A stretch of DNA of 64,000 nucleotides from Eledone cirrhosa. Lineage: Eukaryota. A program made the position numbers and the translations under genes. Under the pieces are notes generated by a model. That model worked only from the letters and a program-made list of their open reading frames with translations, was not told the DNA's origin and made no database searches. The stretch's first letter is position 1; each line of letters opens with the position of its first letter. Below, in pieces: positions 55,165-64,000 of this stretch. The DNA lies in the NCBI GenBank assembly GCA_964016885.1, contig OZ024740.1, positions 395,746,001 to 395,810,000 on the forward strand. Reading direction: 5' to 3'.

Positions 55165-55859
55165 TATCTATCTATCTATCTATCTCTCACTCTCTCTAAA
55201 CTTCCCCCCTTTGTATTTGTCCCCTTCTTTTGTGCCCCTGTGGCTAATAAAGAAATATATCTCTCACTCTCTCTCCCTCCCTCTCTCTCCCATTCTCTTT
55301 CTTCTTCCCTCCATTTTACTCCTCTCTTATTGTTATGTAATATTTTCTTTCTTCATCCTCTAAATCAATAATCCAAATTCTTTCATGGATTCTTCAGAGT
55401 TCTGTTATTTCTCAATAGACAGAGCCATTAACCAAAAATAAATTTATAAAATATAATATATATAATATAATATAAATTAATATAAAATACATAGAATAAA
55501 ATATAATAAATTAAAATATTACAAATAATTAAAAAAAAAAAAATATAGTTGAAATGAAAATATGAAAAAGCAGGTTGAATCAGGATGAAATGGTATTGAC
55601 AGCTGAAATATTGGATTAAAATAATATGCAGGTTATATTTTCATAATTTTAGACGGATTTAGAGCCAGGGCTTATTTTTACAAAATTCTGAATGATATTC
55701 TTGAATTTAGAACAAACTTGAGAAGTCATCATAAATCTAACTCTCTCTCTATATATATATATATATATTGGAATATCGTATTTCTAAAGAAATACGGTAT
55801 GTTTATAAATAAACATTTAGAAAGCCATCTTCTTGTGACGTTAAACTCTGCCAGTTGCA

Positions 55860-58800
55860 GACTGTGCATCAACATGAGATATTCTTCTCCACAAAGTTCG
55901 ATCACCAACAGTAGAGTTTAAAGAGCAAAGATCAAGTCCAGTCCATAAGTTGACATTATCAAGCCATCATTTTGGCTGCCGGCCTCTGCTTCTCTTACTA
56001 ACCAACTTACTCACACCACGAGTTGATCTTTTTATATGACAGTATAGTTGACTTGACAATTGATGTAATTGGTCTAAGTTTGGTAATGTTGAGCAGCTCA
56101 GATACAGATACAGTTCTGGAATGTAGAGAACTTCTGAAGTGACCTTGACGTCCAATTAACACAGTCAAGACCATATAACACAACTGGTAGGATGTAAGTA
56201 TCAAAGATCTTAGCCTTCAAATGATAGGAAACTCGTTTTGATGTTAGTACTTTCTTGTTCCTGTTGAAAGCTGCCCAACCAATTCAATATTGCGCAGCAA
56301 CCATCCCATTGTTGTTTGATGATAGTTTGTGACCGAGTTATATAAACTCCATAACTTGAGCAATTTGCTAGTTGTAGATTGTGAGTTGGAGATTGGCATT
56401 GTTTTTATCAGTTGTCATACATTTTGTTTTGGGGATGTTGATATGTAAGCCAGCCTCCAGCGAATGTTTGGCCAGTACATTCAGAAAGTCTTGCAGATCA
56501 GTTCTAGAGTAACTCATGATGGCCAGATCATCTGCATAGCTAAGGTTCAATAGGATTTTACTTCCTTTTTGATCGCCAGAGGAGTATTCCTCTTCAGTTT
56601 GGTAGATAAGTGCAGCTATAACTATACAGAAAAGAAGTGCTGCTAGTACATCCCCTTGCTTAATTCCCTTCAAAATCTCTATACAGTGTGTAGTTCCCAA
56701 GTCTGTTTTGATATATACTGCTGAGTTGGTGTAAGTTTCTTTCAATAGGTTGATGTATTTTTTGTTAATTGAGGTCTTGTTTAAGAGTTGCCACAAGCTG
56801 GGTAGTTTCATGTTGTCAAAAGCTTTTGTGAAATCAATGAAGGTGATGTGCACAGGGTTGTTGAATTCTATTGATTTCTCAAGGATTTGTTCAATAGCTA
56901 AGATCTGCTCAATGGTGCCTATTCCAAGTTGATACGGAGCTTGTGTTTCAGGAAATGAGATGTAAAGGTCTGATTTCATTTGTGCTGCAATGATACTCGT
57001 GAAAAGTTTGTAAACATGACTCAGTTAGCTGATAGGACGATAGTTCCCACAATCAAGTCTGCTACCTTTTTGGTAGAGTACAACTATCAATGCTTTCTTG
57101 AACATGTCTGGGCTTTTTTCTGTAGTGATAATACAGTTAAAGAGATGTTGAAGTGCTTTGATAATTGATTCACCTCCAGCTTTGATGAATTCTGAGTATA
57201 TGTTATCCAATCCAGGGTTTTTTCCTTGCTTCAAATTTTTTATGGCATGAGACATCTCGCTAGCTAAGATAGATGGAATGGCATCTGATGTCGAATCATA
57301 AATAGTTGTTTGTCCTGAGTTGCTGAAGTACAGTTCTTCATAGAATTTAGCCCAGTGTTCAAGGATATCATCTTTGGAAGTAAGGATAGTATCGTTTGAA
57401 TCTTTAATGCCCCAGCTAAGATTTCTTGGTTTAGTCTTTAGTTTCTTCAGAACAGCATGATATAACCTGTTTAGTGGTAGGTTATTCAGCTCCTCGATGT
57501 TGTTGTACATTTGCTTAAGTTTGTCTGATTTAACAAGTTTTGGGGTTCAGCCTTTGCTATTCTATATAGGGCAGAAGTGTGGCCACATTCTCTTCTGATT
57601 CTAGGTTTTTCAGATATTGCTTTCTTTGTTTGTTGTGACATCCATTGTGAGATGGAAAGGCTTTCCTTAGGTAAAACCGCTTTTATGTCTCTGCAGATAG
57701 TATCATAAATCTTGTCAGAGTCTTCATGAGATTGCAAAGCTGAAAAGCGGTTTTGCAACTCAAGTTTAAATCGGCTTGCTGTTTCATTACATGAGAGTTT
57801 GTCTAAGTTAACTTTCGATGGTATTTTAGCTCTTTGTGGCCAAACAAAGTTGATGCAAAATCTTGTGCGCACTATACGATGGTCAGATATATCAGGAGTG
57901 TTAAGAGCTGTGTTGTCTAATATGCTTAGTCTTGCTGAAGATTTTGTTGCTATTATAAAGTCTATTTGATTCTTAGTTATACTGTCTGGTGATATCCAAG
58001 TGAACAGGTTTTTCTTTTGAAATATTGTGTTGGTGATCTGCATATTGTTCCTCGTACAAAATTGGGCTAGAAGCCCGCCTCTCTAGTTAAATGTACCTGT
58101 GGTATATTTCCCAATACTTGATGGAAGTGATTCGTTCAGTTGCCCAATTTTGCAGTTAAAGTCACCCATCAGAAAGAGATGATCTCTCTTTGGTGTCTTA
58201 TCTATAATGGCCTGTATGTTGTCATATAACTCATTGATTTCTTCATCTGGATGTGTAGATGTGGGAAAGTAGCACTGGAGAAGTATGAGTTTACAAAACT
58301 TACCTTTCAAGCTCAGAACAGCTAGTCTGTCTAATATAGGTTGATAGTTGTGTATTAATGATGTGCACTTTCTGTACACGAAGAAACCCACTCCATTCAT
58401 GTGACGAGTCACATTGCTTGACAGATAAATATGGTATCCAGTATCTTGGTGTATCTTTATTTTGTTTTCGTTTGATTTAGTTTCTGATAGTCCAATAATA
58501 TCCCAGTTTACTTTCTCAAGTTCATACATCATTGTCTCAAGAGAGTTGGTATTACAGTCATTGATAGTACATGTATTGTATGTGCAAATATTAAAGGTCT
58601 TTTCTTTTGTCTGGGTGTTTCTTCTATTCGTATAAATCAAACCAGTACGAGGTTGCTGATGTGATCCCCTAGTCATAGCTGTCACATCAGTCTGGGGCTG
58701 CTGTTGTGCCCTCCTGTTCACTCTTTGGGAGTCTGGAGGTGGCCTCCTCTGTACAACGAATCTTTGAGGTGACCAGAAAGTCATAGCAGGATGATGCCTC
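55860..58800 (-). mobile_element. Near full-length LINE (APE endonuclease plus RT, RTE-like), frameshifted
   Basis: Motifs ICTYN, DIIGLSET, LMGDFN, NQIDFI, SDHR, YRPIS, FIDFTKAFD, GIKQGD and YADD across ORFs 58083-58784, 57486-58043, 57025-57510 and 56368-56979. Confidence 0.9.
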
Positions 58801-58898
58801 TCGCTCTTGTAACTGCTGGACTTTGAAAACAGGCAAGAATATATAGTTTTCTCGTCTGTGTAAATGAGTTGATTAATCTCCTCAACTTATATATATAA

Positions 58899-58986
<88 letters not shown>

Positions 58987-58999
58987 GTATATATATATG

Positions 59000-59034
<35 letters not shown>

Positions 59035-60959
59035 GTATCCTAAACGGACGGTAGTCCGTTTAGTAATATTGTTGTGGTCGTGTTTTCGTTGGCAATCGTC
59101 TGTTTACGACAGTACAGCGCGGCTCTACTTTATTTAACGGAGATAAAACTTATATGAGCATGAACAGTAGATCATTACGCATCTTTTGGCTTAAAAATCT
59201 AGAAATTTGGTCCAGCAGGAAAAAGTTTATAATCAAAGTTTGCTGATAAATCTTGTGTTCAAGTGAGTGAGTAGTAAGCGTGACGCTAGGGGAGGTAATC
59301 CAGAAATGACGAATTTTTTTTCGGCGGAACTCTTGTGATTGTGATTACGTTAGTCAAATGTAGTCAAATCGCCGAATCCCCTCCTCCTAATTGACTACGT
59401 CATTTCTGCACGGCCCTACTTGCGTCAGTGTGAAACATTACTTCACTTTTCACTGCTAAAATGCTTTTTAAATACTTCGTTAAAAATTTATGTTTATTAT
59501 CAAAGCTATTTTTTGTACCAATCTATCAATAGTTTGCGAAAATATAGGTAAACATGTGAGTTAAATTTTTTTTAATCGCATCGATCGCTTTGTTGCACCG
59601 ACTGTGACACTGTCTGACTGTCTGTCTGACTGACACCTTTGTCGGACCGACACCTTTGTTCAAGCGGACAACTTTGTGTCACTGACACCTTTGTTCGTGC
59701 CGGCATCTCTGCAAAACACCGATGACAACAACCAGACCAAAATTTCACTTCATTCTTCATTCTTCTTCAAGACCGATCGCACACCGATCGTATTGGTTGC
59801 TCTTCATATACCAGGTATTCAACAGATAGTTTGCACTTCTAGTATTATTAACAGTCGTGCGATTTTTTGTACCGATAGGTGCGAATAGTGCGCTATATTT
59901 GCGAATAGTGCGATAGGTGCGAATAGTGTACAATATTTTCTGAGATTTGCATCCACTAATTTCGCTTAATTAAAAATGATGTTTCGCAGCTTTTTGATCG
60001 GCTTATTCATTTTTTCCATGGCACGGAAATGGAGTATTTCCATTTCGAATCAAAACTTTTCACTAAAATCGGGCAATTGGACTGATCAAATTCACATTCA
60101 TGCCAGTTTTTACAAATCCATAATTAGAAATTAATTTCCTTAATTGTGCAGACCTTTCCCTAGAGGTTGTTGACAACTTCTGTTACCAAGGTGACCTAAT
60201 CAGCAGTGAGATGGTATGTTCAGAAAGCATAAGAACCAGAGTAAGAATAGGCTGAAAGAAATTTAGGGAGCTTCTACCTCTGATAATAACAAAGGGCTTC
60301 TCTTTTCTGAAGAGTAGATTGTGGTGTTACATGGCAGTGAGACATGAACCTTCTCTGAACAAGATTGGCAAAAGGCTAGAAAGAAATGAAGCAAATATGC
60401 TCTGGTGGATGCATAATGTTAGCATGCATGAATAAGGTCTATAAAGTCCTGTTTCAAATTATAGTGTTACATCTGTTTTAAAATTACTATGAATTATAAT
60501 GGAGAAATCATAATTCTTAAAAAACTATATGTAATCTTCTTTATTTTCTCCAGGCTAGGGTGACTAGTATTCTTATGAGTAAACAAAGCATCAACAAAAA
60601 AAAAATAGGCACAGGTTATTTTACTCAGCCATACCCAGATATATACACACCTGCAAACATGTGTCTACACACACATGTGAGCTATTGGCTTGTAACTCAT
60701 ATAAGGAACTGGTTATGCCACTCTCTGACAATTTCTTAAATAGAAGAAATAGAACTAGTTTTGCAAGGGTTACTTTTTAATAAATTAATGTAACTTCTCT
60801 ATTTGTTGTATTGAATAACTTAATTTTCATGTAGTTCTTTTCAGTTTTTAATTAAATACCTTCCAATAAGTGTGTGCATCTATGTGTATATATACATAAG
60901 ACACATACAAACACAAAACACAACAGAAAATTCTGAAATTAGTGAAAGATATGTGGGTA

Positions 60960-61870
60960 CGGTGCAAGGTTGTTTTAAAAAACAGTAATGCCCAGGTCAC
61001 GTTCACAAGAAAACTTCTTGATATTAGTGTTGTGGAGGGAGTATGTGGATGCTGGGTTTTTACTCCCAAAATGCATGGTGGTACACTTATCCACAGCCAG
61101 CTTCAGTTGCCAGTCCGTGATCCATTGTTGCATTGTGTCCAGGTCAGATTGCAGGCAATTAACCCTTTAGCATTTACATTACTCTATATTTACTATTATA
61201 TTTTCACAGTAAAGGCTTACCTCACATAGTTATCTCACATAGTATCAAATCTATGAGATTTTGATATTATTTATTTTGAGAACAATACCTTAACATCGGT
61301 ATGACCAGCCAATTACAGCTAGTTTGAACAGAAAGAGATGAGATAAGAGAATTCTGGCTGGTTATTGCTAGTTTGAACAGAAAGAGGTGAGATAATTCAG
61401 GCCAGTTATGGGTGGTTTAAATGCTAAAGGGTTAAACAATTCCTGTGAGCACTAATGTTGTCAGTTTAGATTTTAATGAAGTAGATTAGAGTTAGCTTTT
61501 GAAAAATAGCTGCTCCCATTAAGACAACCATTGGTTGATGTCATACACTTATATGTAAAAATAGGGAGTATATTATTGCTGTTGGATAAGTTTCTTGAAT
61601 TAAAATTAGTGATAGAAGAATGGCAGAAGAAAGAAAGGGAAGAGAATTGAAAAGAGGGCAGAAGGTAGACAGGCAAGTAAATAAATACTATAGTGGGAGC
61701 ACCTGGAGAACTGCTGAGATTTTGAATTCACTGTAATGTCAACACTAGTTGAATTCCTTTTGTAGGAAGAATTATTTGCAAAATCTACCATTCTACCTAC
61801 CAGATGGTAATGCAGCATTTACCTCACATCCACTTAACATGAACAAATCTATCTACCCTATGAATTGCTT
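60960..61870 (-). mobile_element. Degenerate CR1-like fragment interrupted by a piggyBac-type MITE
   Basis: The minus strand translates to QWITDWQLKLAVDKC..ERDLG. Boundaries are approximate. Confidence 0.55.
61163..61431. mobile_element. piggyBac-type MITE
   Basis: TTAA TSDs and TIR ccctttagcattta / taaatgctaaaggg. Confidence 0.8.
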
Positions 61871-62929
61871 TGTGATTTAGAAAGGGGTGAATTACTTAAA
61901 AAGATATGTTTGTTTATTTTATTATAGAAAATAATTGCACCTCTAATCCACCTACTTGAGACATCAATCTCTCCTCTTTACCCCTACTGTGTTTCTCAAA
62001 GGTTCTATAAAAGCAGCCAGTAGCCAATCCTTCTTCACCTTCCATAGAATACCACTCATTGGAATTCTATCTTTACCAGCATCATTCTTGAAGATCTTCA
62101 TATTGATGAGCAGGCATATCAATCTCACTAGCTTTGGAAAACCTGCTTCAAACATCATTGGTACTGTTCCTTCATTTAATGGCCTAAACCATTAAAAACC
62201 ATTAAAAAAATAAGTGTATGAAGGAACCTCTATGAGGCCACTCGAAGTAGAAATAGCCAAAACTGCAAAAAAATATCACCTTACCATCTGCCTGACCATA
62301 TATCATTTCTGTCCTTGAGTTAAACACTAACAACATTTTTTTTTTAAATCAAATTAATCAAGTTTTAAAAATAAGAGAAAAACATTTTTATTTACATAAT
62401 TTTAAAGTAAATACAAAGTAACAACCATAGTGAGCAACACAAACCAAATGGTTTTTTAAAAATAGAAATAATGTAAATCATAACAAGTGAATCCAATATC
62501 AATTTGTACTCAATTTGTTCAGTTACATTGGACATTTCAAACACTACAAGCATAACAAAAAAGGACAATTTTAAGCGTCCATATGCATGTACCATGTAGG
62601 GGGGGGGGGCACATGACCATGTACATGTGCAAAAGAAATATGAAAGAATGCAAATATATGCGGAACAAAACAATCATGAATGTTGTGGCATTTCCTCAGT
62701 CTTATGTGATATGTGTGTGTGTGTGTGTGTGCACGCACGAGTGTGCATATATGTATGTACATATACATATATTATAAATAATTTCTCAACCTATTTGTAT
62801 TCTACCTTTGTATGCTAGGTTTAAAAGCTTACTCTAACATAGGTCTGCTAGTGTTGCTCATCTTTCAGGCAATATATGTAAATTTTGAATAAATTTTTGA
62901 AATGAGAATTATCATCATTTTACACTGAT

Positions 62930-63013
62930 TTATTCAGACTAGTGTCATCATATTCAGACTAGTGTCATCATATTCAGACTAGTGTCATCATATTCAGACT
63001 AGTGTCATCATAT
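62930..63013. repeat. 20-bp minisatellite, about 4 copies
   Basis: Unit tattcagactagtgtcatca. Confidence 0.9.
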
Positions 63014-63405
63014 TAGTGATTATAATCACAATGTTTCAATCATTGTATATGCCACCCTTTTCAGGTGCATGTAATAAGACAGTCAAGAGAATAGCGCTAG
63101 AAGATGATTGAAATAATCAGATTAACTTCATTAACCCTCTCTATTGGCCTGCCATAGAATCAAATACTATATGGAAGCTTTTAATTAAGAAAGAGACAAA
63201 AAATTCAATTTAAAGCTCCTACTTTCCATCAAATAATTGCCAAGCTGTATTGGCCTTGACCAACATTGGTGCAGTGGGCAGGAGACTGGCATGCATGATC
63301 AACTGCTGGTCTTCCACAAAAATACCTTGCCTAGGATTGTACCTTGGAGAGAAACTTCTTCGGGGCAAATCCCCTGGTCATTTATGACTGAAAGGGATCT
63401 TTATC

Positions 63406-63457
<52 letters not shown>

Positions 63458-63782
63458 GATTAGCATATATATAGCATATTCAGCAAGCATTTTAAAATTA
63501 TTTTCTTTGTTAAAGTAGAGGTTAGCCTTGTTGTACCTATAACAGGCTTCATACTCATTGTGGGGTTCTTTTGGAGGCGATGATTTATGGTTGAATGCAC
63601 CAACCCTTTTAGTCCCTAAACCAGATACACACATACATATATTATATATGATTACACACATACATTATATATGTGTATATGTATTATTCTATATGTAATT
63701 AATAATAAAGAATGATTAACTAGCTAATAATTATATATATATATATATTATACATATATTTTATGTACTTCTATATATGATT

Positions 63783-63863
<81 letters not shown>

Positions 63864-64000
63864 TAAATAAATGAATGTACTACTTTAGTAACCAAGATTT
63901 GTATAATGTTTATCACAAACAGCATCATATACTATTTATGCTCCAGCCATATAAAACTGTTATAGAATTTCTTCACAACTTATGAGCAGCATCTGTATCT

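Noticed and set aside
61964-62158. Possible host exon
   Set aside because: The translation resembles a degraded LINE RT segment (GFPKLVRLI) and there is no convincing splice context.

Overview
This is eukaryotic, AT-rich, repeat-dominated DNA with abundant (TA)n, (CA)n, (GA)n and (GAT)n microsatellites. The repeat content resembles an octopod cephalopod genome (inference only). Most long ORFs are decayed retroelements: many copies of an RTE-type LINE with a PHD finger inside its RT region, Penelope-like elements (RT plus GIY-YIG), and CR1, R4/Dong-like and L1/Tx1-like fragments. There are also a mariner pseudogene, non-autonomous Helitrons, hAT and piggyBac MITEs, and tRNA-derived SINEs. Two things stand out. 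(1) More than 20 type I hammerhead ribozyme motifs from about ten sequence families occur in Penelope pseudo-LTRs and in non-coding retrozyme-like monomers of 310, ~436 and 483 bp. They include a ~2.6 kb palindromic array of 8 apparently identical 310-bp hammerhead units, and variant catalytic cores (U3-A8 and U4A). (2) A three-exon minus-strand host gene (45159-36918) has CCAAT and TATA boxes and encodes an 88-aa secreted peptide with Met/Gln/Pro repeats and a His/Tyr/Trp-rich six-cysteine C-terminal domain. All folding, alignment and splicing was done by eye.
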